NCBI GenBank assembly: GCA_964016885.1
Contig: OZ024756.1
Location: forward strand, 40,734,001 to 40,798,000
Direction: 5' to 3'
DNA length: 64,000 nt
From: Eledone cirrhosa
Taxonomy: Eukaryota
The position numbers were made by a program, and so were the translations under genes. Positions 36,679-51,100 of the stretch are shown here, in pieces; position 1 is the first letter of the stretch; every line of letters begins with the position of its first letter. A model generated the notes under the pieces. It searched no databases and had not been told where the DNA came from. It saw only the letters and a program-made list of their open reading frames with translations.

Positions 36679-39032
36679 CATTGCTGTTTTTTTGTTGTTG
36701 ATTATTATGGTTGATCCTCTTTTTATTGATATTCTTCCATACGTAATTGATAATTTCTATAATTTTTTAGGGATCTTGTGTATCCCAGAATTCCTTCAAT
36801 TACATCTGTAAGTACCTCAATTCTCATCTGTTTCCATGGTTACTGTGTCTTTGAGAGACGCACACACATAGTCATTAACTACTTTAATCAATGGTCTTCA
36901 TTATGAAGATATCAGATCGTAACTCTTCACATGTAGCACAAACAGGCCATATTACATGTAGCCATCTATAGGTAACAAACAAACAGGCTTTTCTGTTTAT
37001 CTATGACAAGGTGTATACTTACTTCCAGGTGCCAGAGATGTCTTCATTGTCATTATTTAATGAGGATTTTCCAGAGAAAAAGACTCTTCATGTGACCACC
37101 ACAGAAGAGAGCTACTCCAGTGACAGTGGAATATATCTACCGTCAGATTTAAAACCTAGTATTTGGGATATTGCACTAACGTTTGAACCAAGTAAACATT
37201 ATACATGGGAAACACCGGGCAAGTAAGTATTTATTGTACCATAACTTCTCCCTGTCTTACTAAGTTACCAACATCTCTACCATAACTTCTCCCTGTCTTA
37301 CTAAGTTACCAACATCTCTACCATAACTTCTCCCTGTCTTACTAAGTTACCAACATCTCTACCATAACTTCTCCCTATCTTGCTAAGTTACCAACATCTC
37401 TACCATAACTTCTCCCTATCTTGCTAAGTTACCAACATCTCTACCATAACTTCTCCCTATCTTGCTAAGTTACCAACATCTCTACCATAACTTCTCCCTG
37501 TCTTACTAAGTTACCAACATCTCTACCATAACTTCTCCCTATCTTGCTAAGTTACCAACATCTCTACCATAACTTCTCCCTATCTTGCTAAGTTACCAAC
37601 ATCTCTACCATAACTTCTCCCTGTCTTACTAAGTTACCAACATCTCTACCATAACTTCTCCCTGTCTTACTAAGTTACCAACATCTCTACCATAACTTCT
37701 CCCTGTCTTACTAAGTTACCAACATCTCTACCATAACTTCTCCCTATCTTGCTAAGTTACCAACATCTCTACCATAACTTCTCCCTATCTTGCTAAGTTA
37801 CCAACATCTCTACCATAACTTCTCCCTATCTTGCTAAGTTACCAACATCTCTACCATAACTTCTCCCTGTCTTACTAAGTTACCAACATCTCTACCATAA
37901 CTTCTCCCTGTCTTACTAAGTTACCAACATCTCTACCATAACTTCTCCCTGTCTTACTAAGTTACCAACATCTCTACCATAACTTCTCCCTATCTTGCTA
38001 AGTTACCAACATCTCTACCATAACTTCTCCCTATCTTGCTAAGTTACCAACATCTCTACCATAACTTCTCCCTATCTTGCTAAGTTACCAACATCTCTAC
38101 CATAACTTCTCCCTATCTTGCTAAGTTACCAACATCTCTACCATAACTTCTCCCTATCTTGCTAAGTTACCAACATCTCTACCATAACTTCTCCCTATCT
38201 TGCTAAGTTACCAACATCTCTACCATAACTTCTCCCTATCTTGCTAAGTTACCAACATCTCTACCATAACTTCTCCCTATCTTGCTAAGTTACCAATGAG
38301 GGCAAATATTATCACCAAAGCGGAGACACTCTCTCAGAAACATTCACCTCCTTTGATATAGTCTGAAAATCTTAAATATTGTTTTACTTATTGTTCCTTG
38401 ATCTTCCTCTTCTGCAGCTTCCTTCCACGTGGAGCTCTTGGTACTTCTCTCAATTATTATCATTCATTCATACACATTACAACCCTCTCCCCCCTCCCAA
38501 ACAAGGAACATGGCTAATTTTCAAGATATTTCTCCTCCACTAATATTCTGTACGATTCTGTTTTAGACACCCAGGTTTACAAGAGCTGCCTTATCTGACA
38601 GAGGCTGGTCAACAAGCTGTCGACAAAATATTTGCTATTAACCTGAACCAGATGTCTCGATTGTCTCCCAGTCTCCGAGAAGTATCAAAAGTCTCAGTTT
38701 CTGTCAGAGAGCTTGTCAACGGCATCCTTCAGTTACTCATTGGAGTTCCATCTCGTCTCTTTCTAATTGACAAGGTATAGCATCATCATCATCATTTAAC
38801 ATCTATATTCCATGCTGGTGTATATGTGTATGTATGTATATGTGTATGTATGTATATGTTTAAGTCTGGAATTAGCTGTTGAAATGGCAACAGCTCAGCC
38901 GTCGGATCCCAACTCTCTAATATGTGTATATACAGAGTGTCCCCAAAAATGTATTTACACTTCAACAGCATTCTAATAAATATTGCCTGTACAGGTAAGC
39001 AAAGTGTGTATACATTTTTGGGGGGCATCTTG

Positions 39033-39070
<38 letters not shown>

Positions 39071-42000
39071 CATGGTGGCTGCCAACTCATTTTCGAGTAC
39101 GGCCACTACTTTATATCCATGTAGGAGAACTCCTACCGATGCGCTGAACGAGTGTGACTTTTTAGTCCAGCCAGCGACTCGAAAACTCTGGTACAAACAC
39201 TTCACCTGTGACAATTATTGACACATAGTGCTGGGCCCATGGTACCATGTGACGACAAGTGCAGAGAGATCTCCAGATATAAAGCAATGCCTGTGCCGTG
39301 AAGCTTTTATAGTGAGCAAAGGCACTGCACAAAGCCAGTCCCACTCTCTTAACCAAGATGATATTTACCAAAAAGAAGAACAAGTCAACATCATTGGATA
39401 CCATCAGAGTTGCAGGTGTTATATCAGAGTTTTCCTTCTCCTAGAATTCTGTCTTGACAAAGGCTAAGGGGTCATCTCTCTCGGTGATTTTGGATGGCCA
39501 TTGACTCTTAAGAGCTCCTTTGCCCTTTGATATATATGTATATATATACGTACATACATATATACATATATATATATATACACATATATATAACAGTCTG
39601 GAACTACCTGTTAAAATGGCAAGAGCTCAGCTGTCGGGTTCTAACCCTCTATAATATTTATATATACACATAGATGTATTTTACCTTATCATGTTATCAC
39701 TCTCTGCTATTATACTTCTATTAATGTGTCCCTCTTGTGTGTTTTACAGGAAGCTAGAAGGTTTCACACAAAAGACTGGATATGTGTTCCTGGGTTAACA
39801 CCTACCTCTGTTGATAATTTCCTAGCACAATTCATAGAAGCAGGTAGTATTTACTATCAGCTGTCCTTACTAGTACAATTACCCATTCATAAGATTTCTG
39901 ACAGTGGTGGTCACACCTACCAAGCTTTCTTACAAGCTATTGACTGCTGCCTGCTCTACTATAGAGCTGCTGTTCTATCTATTCCCAAACACATCACATT
40001 ACTCCAGTTGGATTTTTACTGTCGCCGCCTGGTGGAACAAATGAGGTAAGTGACCCGTGAACACTGGGTATCTTCTTCCTCTTCTTCTCCTGCTTCTCCT
40101 TCTCCCTTTGTCCTCTTATTCTTTTGTCTTCTGTCTTTTCCTTCTGTCCTCTCCTCCTTCTCTCGTCTTCACAATGGTCCTACCTCCCCACATTCTCTCT
40201 CAAACTAATCATATTTTCTTACCTTCACCTCTCTCAATTATGTTTTTCTTGTTAGGTTCCTGTCAGCTTTATGTCACTCTAACGAACACATTAACAGCAA
40301 CAACACCCCTTCTGTTCCTGTTGTGAGTAAATTTATATTTATTTCTTGTACAACATCACATGACTCACACATGTAGCTATCTGTGTTAACACACTGACAT
40401 AACACAACACAGACAACTACGATATGTAATGACACCAGCTGTACTAGCACTTTACAGAGTGTACTGGGTGCTTTATGTCATGGCACCAGCTGTACTATAA
40501 TAAGTGTCTTGTGTTTTGTTGTTTGCAGGGTTTAGAGTTACTTGATTACCTGTACCAGAAGACAGTAGAGATGTCGAGCAGTGACCAGTTCTACCTCATG
40601 CTCTCCATATTCCAGACAGCTTGTACACCATTTGCTCTGTAAGTAACATGATATCGTCATTAGTCGCTATTGTGGTTCTCAAGTAACCCTGGTCACTGTT
40701 GTTGCTATTTTTTCCTCTCCAGGTACTTACAGAACTGGGTCTTTCATGGTGTTTGCAAGGATGAGTATGGTGAGTTCGTGATAAAGATATCAGACAACAT
40801 CAAACAGCTGATAGGTAAGATACTAGTAAACTATTCTATCTTATTAACCCTTTAGTATGTGTGCAGATGTTTAATCCTTTACCATTTACATTACTCTATA
40901 TTCACTATTGTATTTTCACAGTAAAGGCTTTACCTCACATAATTATCTCACATAATACTGAATCTATGAGATTTTGATAGCATTTATTTTGAGAACAATA
41001 CCTTAACGTCAGCATAAGTGGCCGGTTACACCCGATTTGAACAGAAAGAGGTGGGAGAATTCGGCTGGTTTAAATGCTAATGGGTTAAACCTTAAGAGTG
41101 TGTGTGTACAGATGTTTAAATTGATTCAATAAATAAATTCAATACAGTTCCCCACCATCCATACAACCAACTAAGCTGCTGTATTCTGTATTACAGTAAC
41201 TCTGCCTGATTTACAATCATGTCAAAGTTTAATAACTTAATCTTCCTCCATTGATGTTATTCTAGGTAAAGAGAACTGGAGTGAAAGTTTCCAGCTTCAA
41301 ATTCCTTCGACTACTAAGGATTTTCCTGCATTTATGTCTGGCATGCTTCCTGATATCTTCACATGTGGCCAATCTCTCAATCTTATCAGAATTTGCAATC
41401 CTCGGGTACGCTAAACATTTGCAAGCTTTTTTCATTTTAGTTTTATGCTTTTATTTATCACCATTTTATGTCTGTTTTCCACACTAGCATGTGTTAGACA
41501 GGTTTGTCACACTCTCAGGTTATACAGTGGGGTCAGATGACTGTCTCTTGCTCATACATTTTATTTTGGCATGGTTTCCATGACTCAATGCCCTTCCTAA
41601 GGCCCACCACGTCAAGGCATATACCAGTGTGCTACCAATTTTACCACTTTACGGAGTACTGGGTGTATTTTATTATGACACGAACACTACCACTTTACAG
41701 AGTGTACTGGGTATATTTTATTATGACACCAGTACTACCACTTTACAGAGTGTACTGGGTGTATTTTATCATTTTGTTCTGTTGCCAGCATCATTGTACA
41801 ATGATATCAACCGTAGAATCTCTAACTTTTCTATCTAACCATTATTTCTCCACTTTTGACCTTTGTATCTTGTCTCTTCAGCATTTCATCTGTAATGTCA
41901 ACAACAACGAACTCCCTCAGATACGGTTCTTCCATTCTAAAGATGAACTAAAGTCTTTACAGTTGTACAGTGAGTCATACTTCAGTCGTATGCACCAGAT

Positions 42001-42088
42001 AGCACAACAGACCAAACAGGGCAGGTAATTGTTGATATTATAAAGCTGCTTTTGTCAGTGTATGTATATGTATATGTACATATGTATG

Positions 42089-42132
<44 letters not shown>

Positions 42133-45100
42133 TATTATGTCAAAACAGCATCTCCATGACTCCCTCGGGAGTTATGGGACCATGCACAGTTCAGTTGATT
42201 TCTAAATAAATCCTATTTTTCTTTGTTGTTTTAGACAGGAACACAAGGAAAGGTTGATACAAATGAAGAAAGATTTAGCTGCCAAAGCCCATGAGATGGC
42301 GGCATCTGAACTAAAGAGGATCAACAGTAAGTATATCTTCCATCTCTCTCTAGAACCTTCTACTAAATATCTTCCATCCCTCTCTAGAACTTCTACTTAA
42401 TATCTTCCATACCTCTCTGACTCTCTAGAACCTTCTACTAAATATCTTCCATCCCTCTCTAGAACCTTCTACTAAATATCTTCCATCCCTCTCTAGAACC
42501 TTCTACTAAATATCTTCCATCCCTCTCTAGAACTTCTACTAAATATCTTCCATACCTCTCTGACTCTCTAGAACCTTCTACTAAATATCTTCCATCCCTC
42601 TCTAGAACCTTCTACTAAATATCTTCCATCCCTCTCTAGAACCTTCTACTAAATATCTTCCATCCCTCTCTAGAACCTTCTACTAAATATCTTCCATCCC
42701 TCTCTAGAACTTCTACTAAATATCTTCCATACCTCTCTGACTCTCTAGAACCTTCTACTAAATATCTTCCATCCCTCTCTAGAACCTTCTACTAAATATC
42801 TTCCATCCCTCTCTAGAACTTCTACTAAATATCTTCCATCCCTCTCTAGAACCTTCTACTAAATATCTTCCATACCTCTCTGACTCTCTAGAAATATTTA
42901 CTAAAGAGGAATGAAATTTATTAATGTTCCTTGTTCGTTTATTTTAGCGGAATTAGAGAATCTAAAGAAATTACAGCAAGAGAAAAAGAAGAAAGAATTT
43001 GAAATTCTCAAAGAACAAATGGAAGAAGCTCAGCATGTAAGTCCTTCATTTAGTTGAGTGTTAGTGTTGCTTTTGAGAGAGACATAGCTGCTATTTCTAC
43101 TGACCACGTAGAGAAAGAGAGAATTTGATATGTGTATGAGTGAGTGAGAAGGTTGGTAGTGAAGGTCTAATCCATGTTTTTATGCCAACTTGGTGATATT
43201 CTGTAGAATTTGGAGTGTTCACTAACCAACCCCTTCCTGTCCCCTTTACCATATTTTTACAGAGGAAGCTGAAGGAGAAAGAGATGAGGAAGAGAGCTGA
43301 TGAGATTTCTTTAAAGGAACAGTCTCTTATGAAGGCAAAAGCTGAGATGGAAGCTGAAATTAAGTAAGAAGAAAATATTTCATCTCTTTTGTATCAATTA
43401 CCATTCTTTTGTGACCCTAGAGCCTCCCTCCCCCTCTCATTCTTCTGTGTCCCTAGAGCCTTCCTCCTTCCGTTTTCATAACCATGAAAGACACTTGCAT
43501 TTTTTTTTTACAATGAAACTTTGTCAATTAGCCGTGGTGTAATTAATGAGGATAACGAGAGAAACTCCTTAAAATAAGCCAAATATATGAGATATTTTAT
43601 TGTTGAATTGCAGAGAGAAGATCAAGCGTTATTATGCAGACTTAAGTGAACAGGCTACATTAAGGGAAGAAAGGGCACTGTGGAATGTCCGGCGGTCAAG
43701 GTTGAATAAACAGAGGATGCAATTTTTAGTGGAGGAAGATCGTAAGTGGAAAACTATGATGGATGACAGGAAAGTGACGCAGTCAGAGGTTTGTCAAAAC
43801 ATTCTTTTATAAATTGATATTTATACTAGAATAGTACTCATTAAAAATGACATGGTTTATAATTAATGAAGATTTAATAATTCCTTTCCATTCTATGTAA
43901 AGATGCTTCAATCCTCAATTTTCCTTGACCTTCTCACAGTGGTTAAGATATATTACAATGGTTAAGATATATCACAGTGGTTAAGATATATTACAGTGGT
44001 TAAAATATATTCAGTGGTTAAGATATATCACTGGTTAAGATATATTGGAGTGGTTAAGACATTAAGATATATTGTGGTGGTTAAGATGTAGACCTTTGTA
44101 GTGACGTCTAGATTGTTTTTTCTTTGTTTTATTATTGTTGTATTGGTATTTTGTAGCATGATAAAGCAGGTGTGTTACCTGGTGAATATGATCGCAATCT
44201 TCCACGGTGGGCCAAATCTGCCTTAACTACTGCTTCTGGAGACCAGGGAGAAGTTCATTTTGACCCGAGTCTTCCATCTTGGGCAAGATACGGTGACAGT
44301 AAACCTGTAATGACCATTGTCGATGATGATGATAGAGAGGAGAAGAAAGATTCTCAATCACTTCCCATTGCTAAACTCCTCTCTGAAGAGAAACTACCCT
44401 CTTGGGCTAAAAAGGATGTTTCCTCCATCATTGGAGTAGAAAAAGGTAATTTGGGTTTTTAATTTACAGTCCTGTCGGAGCAAGGTACAGCGTGGCCAAT
44501 TCTGGCCAGACTTGTCCCTTGATGTGGACAACCCCTCTGACCTATACAAGCATCGAAAAGGGACATTAAAAGGTGATAATATTATATATAATTCTATTTT
44601 CAGATATTGCTGTCTGTTTTACTGAACCAGGTGATACAACTGATAAACAAAGAGTTGTTGGTATTCGATATCCTGAAAAGCCGGAAGCTGGAGACCAATT
44701 GATTTCTTCCAATACTTTGACAGTTGAACAATTATTAACAGAATCTAAACTTAAAGACAAAATAGACTCAACCAATACAGTTCCTGGAATTAAGACTTTA
44801 GCAGCAAATAGATCCATTTCTCACAACGTTCCTGTTACTTCACCTGAAGAGCAACCACTGGTTCCAAAAAGAAAACAAGTTGACAGTCGTTCAATCACTG
44901 AAGAAAGTTTAGCTACCTCCAGAGGTGATACAATAATTCACCATAAAAAACAGGTGGAGGATCAGTCGATATCTAAAGAAAGTTTAGCTACCTCCAGAGG
45001 TGATACAATAATTCACCATAAAAAACAGGTGGAGGATCAGTCGATATCTAAAGAAAGTTTAGCTACCTCCAGAGGTGATACAATAATTCACCATAAAAAA

Positions 45101-48100
45101 CAGGTGAAGGATCAGTGGGTATCTAAAGAAAGTTTAGCTACCTCTGGGGGTGCTACAATAATTCACCATAAAAAACAGGTGGAGGATCAGTCGATATCTA
45201 AAGAAAGTTTAGCTACCTCCAGAGGTGATACAATAATTCACCATAAAAAACAGGTGGAGGATCAGTCGATATCTAAAGAAAGTTTAGCTACCTCCAGAGG
45301 TGATACAATAATTCACCATAAAAAACAGGTGGAGGATCAGTCGATATCTAAAGAAAGTTTAGCTACCTCTGGGGGTGCTACAATAATTCACCATAAAAAA
45401 CAGGTGGAGGATCAGTCGATATCTAAAGAAAGTTTAGCTACCTCTGGGGGTGATGTTGTGATCCACCATAGAAAACAGGTTGAAAATCAGTCGGTATCAA
45501 AGGAAAATTTTGCTTCCACCTCAGACATGCAGCTCATTCCTCGAAGAAAGATTGTAGACAATCAGGGTATCCATCAACTGAGCTTGGACACATCTCCCAC
45601 AGACTTGGTTGTTTACCGTAAGAAAAAGGTTCGAAATCAAAATGTGAACCAGGAATCTTCTGAATCAACATTAAACTACAGACATTCTGGTATCTTCATC
45701 TCACCAGCGTTGATTGGTCATGGTAACTATGAATTTGAACTTCCAGTTTTGAAGCAACCCAAAGATCTGTATGCCCAAGAAACTGACATGAAAGATTTCT
45801 CCATCCGACGAATGAGCGGAGTTTTCCCATCCGATGAGCTTCCGATTGTCACCTCCAGTTTATCATGTGAGTATCTGATACACACATAATACACACACAT
45901 ATATCTATAGTACACGCAGACATCTACAATATACACACACACTTCACATATTTACAATACAAACATATATACCTACTATACATACACACACATAATACAT
46001 ATATATCTACTATACACATGTAGAAAATCACGCCACCTAGCTTTGACTTTGGAAGCAGTCGATTAACTGCCCTAGTTCTGACGTCAGTAGCTGAATACAC
46101 ACTCTTTCCAACTTTGTGTGTTGATGCGAGCAGACGCGTTTCACTGTGGCGAAACAGCGATATTGCACCATGTGGTCACGGGAAATTTGAACACCGCCAC
46201 AAAATGCTAATTACGAATTACCAATCATGGAGCAACTGATATGATAACCTGTTTTGTTTATTGCTCTGATTAAAATGCTCATGTACATATAATCTTGAGG
46301 TATGTTCTTTTTGCTTAATTGTTTACCTACACCTAACAACAAATAGAAGAGATGTTCTACCAGCCAAGCTAGGGAAACAAACTCCTCTTTAAATAGTAAA
46401 ACAACGCAGCCTTCTAAAATTGGTGACCATCTCTCCTAAACACACACACAATACATATATATCTACTATACACACACACAATACATATATATCTACTATA
46501 CTCACACACACATATCTACTCCCTGTTTTTGTATAGTTTATAACAACAATATATTATCTAAGATATACCATCTATAAATGACATCTGGCAACTATAAACA
46601 AGATCTTCCAATACATGGAGGCTACAAAAAATACATTGACAGAAACTTTAAACTAACCCATGCTAGCGTGGAAGATAGATGTTAAACGATGATGATGATG
46701 ATACATTATAAGCTGCCCTTGTTTTTCACTTTTTATTTTTTATTGCCTTTATACTTCTTTTACCTTCCATTGTCCTTCTCTCTCCCTCTTTCATGTTCTT
46801 GTTTCTCAACTGTAAGGGGGTACTAGATACCTCCCCCACTAATCTGTCATGGCTTACTAGCTCTATACAGACGTTTCAATTGATTAAATGAATCAATGAC
46901 ATTGTCCCACCCAAACATCCTCCTTTACATTTCTTCCACTTATCTGCTGTGGTTTTAAATCAGCTCAATGTCCAGAAGTGAAGACCCATATTAAAATGTC
47001 CAGTATAATGTCAGCTTCAAAAGAGTCTGAACTAAGAGATGAGGGTGCCATTAAGGAAGCTCGCTTTAAGCAGCGGAATGTACATGGCCATTCTTCAGAT
47101 TCAACCATCCAGAAACTGTTGTATGGTAGAAACATCAGTTCCTCACCTGACAACCAACAGAATGTTGATAACGATGAGGAGGAAGGAATAGGTAAGTAAC
47201 ACTAGTAGTTCTAGTACTTACTGTTGTTATTGTTGTGGCTGTTGTTGTTACTGTTGTTGTTGTGGCTGTTGTTGTTATTATTGTGGCTGTTGTTGTTATT
47301 GACCTCAGCGGGGGAATTGAACTCGGAACACAGAGAGTCGAAACAAATACAGCAAAGCTTTCTATCTGACGTTCTAACAACTCAATTACCGCTGTACATA
47401 CACTGTAGACATGCATATATAACATATACATTAACCTATATAGTCATTTACATATATGCACACACACATACACACCCTTATACAACCACAGCCCCCTCCC
47501 CCCACTCTTCTTGTTATTTTACCATTCTCGTTTTCCTTCCAGGTCCAGGGTTTGAAGCAATGCTTAAGTCTTGGAAAGAGTCATTTGGAGAGCCTTATGA
47601 TTGTTCTTTTGACTTTGGTAAGTCTTATTTGAGGAGTTTTCATCACCACCACCATCACTACCACTACCACCACCACCACCACCATCATCACTACCACCAC
47701 CACCATCATCACTACCACCATCATCACTACCACCACCACCACCATCACTACCACTACCACCACCATCACTACCACCACCACCATCATCACTACCACCATC
47801 ATCACTACCACTACCATAACCATCATCACCACCATTATCATCATCATCACTACCACCACCACCACCATCATCGCTACCACCACCACCACTACCACCACCA
47901 TCACCACTACCATCATCATCACTACCACTACCATCACCATCATCACCACTACCATAACCATCATCATCATATGTTTACCTGAGTTACCTGAGACAGATTT
48001 GGGTCACCTGTTGACCAGCCTATGTCCAGTTTAAGATGACCAATTGCTAGACTCTAAATATATATATGATATAATATATCTGCTTCTTCTTTTCAGAAAG

Positions 48101-51100
48101 TGGTAATTTAATAAATATTGGTGGTAACCTCACCCAGATAGTCTCCAATAGATCAGGTATCAGCTCAAAAGCATCTGTTGAAGATCTAGAAGCCTACCAT
48201 CAGTTTCCTTTACCTATCCTTATTCTGCAGTCCATCCAGACCCCTTTGATGGCTCAGTAAGTAGATCTTCTGCTTCTTTAGTTCCTTTTGCTCCTAGTGG
48301 AACATTGGGAGATGAGAAATCTCCATTCTTCATGGTTGTAAATCTTATCCCAGGTCGGCTTCTAGGCGAGGTAACTGGTTGTTGTGTCTGGAGTAGTTTT
48401 GATTAAAAGAGGTGAAAATTGCAAGACTTTCACCCCATCTTTCCTCCCTTCTCAACGCAGGCTGAAAGTTTCAAAGTCAGCAGAGAGGGTGGGGGTTCTG
48501 TTAACCCTTGATAGGGGCCCATCTCTGGTACTGTCAGCTAGAGCTAGCTGAGCCTGGGATTCAAATCACTTCACTCTATTTTCAAAAGAACATTAGATCG
48601 TGTTATATTCAATGTTGAAATAATGTTTCTTTAAATTGTTTCACTCTAGTTTGAAAGAGATAATGGGACAACTTGTCTAACCCATGCTAGCATGGAAAAA
48701 TGGACATTAATTGATGATGATGATGATGATATACGAGGTATGTTCAATAAGTTATGAGAAAATGTTTGGGGTGGGAGAAGGGCAAAGTCAATTAAATTGA
48801 TCCCAGTGTATTACTGGTACTTTATTTTATCGACCCCATAAGAATGAAAGGCAAAGTTGACCATGGCAAGATTTGAACTCAGACTGAGAAAGGCCATAAC
48901 TCTATGCTGCAAAGCATGTTATCAGATGCTCTACCGATTACTGTCAATCCACTGTCCTTGTAATTAATCATGCCACAACTATTATTTTTCAGAATCAAGC
49001 TTGTGAACAAATGTGCCTTAGATTATTTTCTCACTGATTTGTCAATTGAGGAACATTTCTCAGCAATGTGGCGTTACCTTGTCATGGGTGAAGGGGACTT
49101 TGCTCTCAATCTCACTACTTTACTCTTTGAAAAGGTAACTTGATTCATTTATCTTATTACTGCATAGCTCTCTCTCTCTCTATAACTATCTCTCTATCTT
49201 ACTATTTCTTATTATTTCTGTTTATCTGTCTTATTTTCTTTCTCTCTTTCACCCTGTTATCCCTTCTATATATATATATTTATTATATTTCCAGCTCGCC
49301 ATGACCCCTCACCCTAATCAGATCCTCAACCCTATCTTTCTAAACAGTATAATGAATCAGGCCCTTAAATGTTCCATCTCAGCTGAAGATAAATATATGA
49401 AGAACCTCAGTTTTGAAATCACTAAGGACTCTGCATCAACTGTCAAAGATGGTATGTTTCGTCATTTTTATCATCAACATCTTCATCATCAAGTGGAAGT
49501 TAAATGAGGATATATATATATATATAATTTTACATCCGCTGTTCCTTGTTTGCATGGGTTGGACGGGTCTTTTTCAGCACAGCAACTCTCCACTTGTCGC
49601 GGTCATTTGTCATCTCCTCTGTGAGTCTGTGATTTGAGATCAGTTCTCACCACTTCCACCCAGGTCTTCCTCTACTGAGGTTTCCCTCCACTGGGATTTC
49701 TTAGCTCTTCTTCATCCAGTGATCATCATCTATACACATCAAATGTCCATACCAACACAGTCTCCTCTCCTACACACTACTTCAGATTCCTCTTAAACCT
49801 AGTTTCTCCCTCAGTTCGTTCAAGCTCTGTCATTCTCTCACGTTAACATTACACATCCATCGAAGTATTATTTAAAATGCATTTATAATCTCTCTGATGT
49901 GTTAAATAATTTGACAAACTTTCTTACATTTCTCTTACAGAAGCCAAAATACTGGAATGTTTGAATCTCGCATACAAGGTAAAGTATTTCATCATTTTGA
50001 GATTTTCCTGTTTATGTAATCTTTGAAATTGTAGTTGGACCATTGAGTTGATCTTAAAATATTGGCCCAGTTTTGTAATATTGGTCTAATTGTGTAGGTG
50101 GACTGTTACTATGTGACACTGAAAGCTATGATACATTATGTCACACTACATTCTTCTGTTACTAGGTGGACTGTTACTATGTGACAGTGACATCAATGAT
50201 ACATTATGTCACATTAGACTGTGTCACACTACATTCTTCTGTTACTAGGTGGACTGGCCCCTAAATATCATCATCAACAAAGAATGTCACCGAAAGTATC
50301 GTCAACTTTATCTGTTTCTACTCCAACTTCGTTACGCTATGTGGTTATTGGAACAGATTTGGCGTCAACTGAAACGAGACGGTAAGTTTCCTCTTGGTGT
50401 TGTTACAGTACTGCCTCCTCCCCTTCTTATCCCTCTGCCTCATCCTCGACTTTCCCACTTCCCCTTTAAATTGCTGGCCTTGTGCCTGAAGAAGAAACAA
50501 TTATTATTATTGTTTTTCAACTTGATTCTGTCTTTTTCAGCAATGGTGAACCATGTCCCTCGCTACAGCCGAGAGACAGAGTTTCATAGAATCCAAACAT
50601 TTGGGTTTGTAGATAACTTTTATGGTTTCTTTCCTAAAGTCATGACAACTGCCCTAGTGTTGGGGCCACACACATGCCACTCACAAATACTCACCATACA
50701 TACACTATACCACACCATATAACCACACACACAATGCCACTCACAAATACTCACACTACACCACACCACATAACCACACACACACACAATGTCACTCACA
50801 AATACTTACACTACACCACATAACCACACACACACACAATGCCACTCACAAATACATACACTACACCACACACACAATGCCACTCACAAATACACACACT
50901 ACACCACATAACCACACACAAATACACACACTACACCACATAAACACACACAATGCCACTCACAAATACACACACTACACCACATAACCACACACACACA
51001 CAATGCCACTCACAAATACACACACTACACCACACCACATAAACACACACAATGCCACTCACAAATACACACACTACACCACATAACCACACACACAATG

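Noticed and set aside
9955-42895. CRISPR-like appearance of the 35-52 bp arrays
   Set aside because: Head-to-tail units with no unique spacers, no cas genes, and a spliced eukaryotic context.
47224-47982. His-rich 252-aa ORF (also 34581-34839 and 51052-51605)
   Set aside because: CAY/CA simple repeats in introns; only 47543-47617 is a plausible exon.
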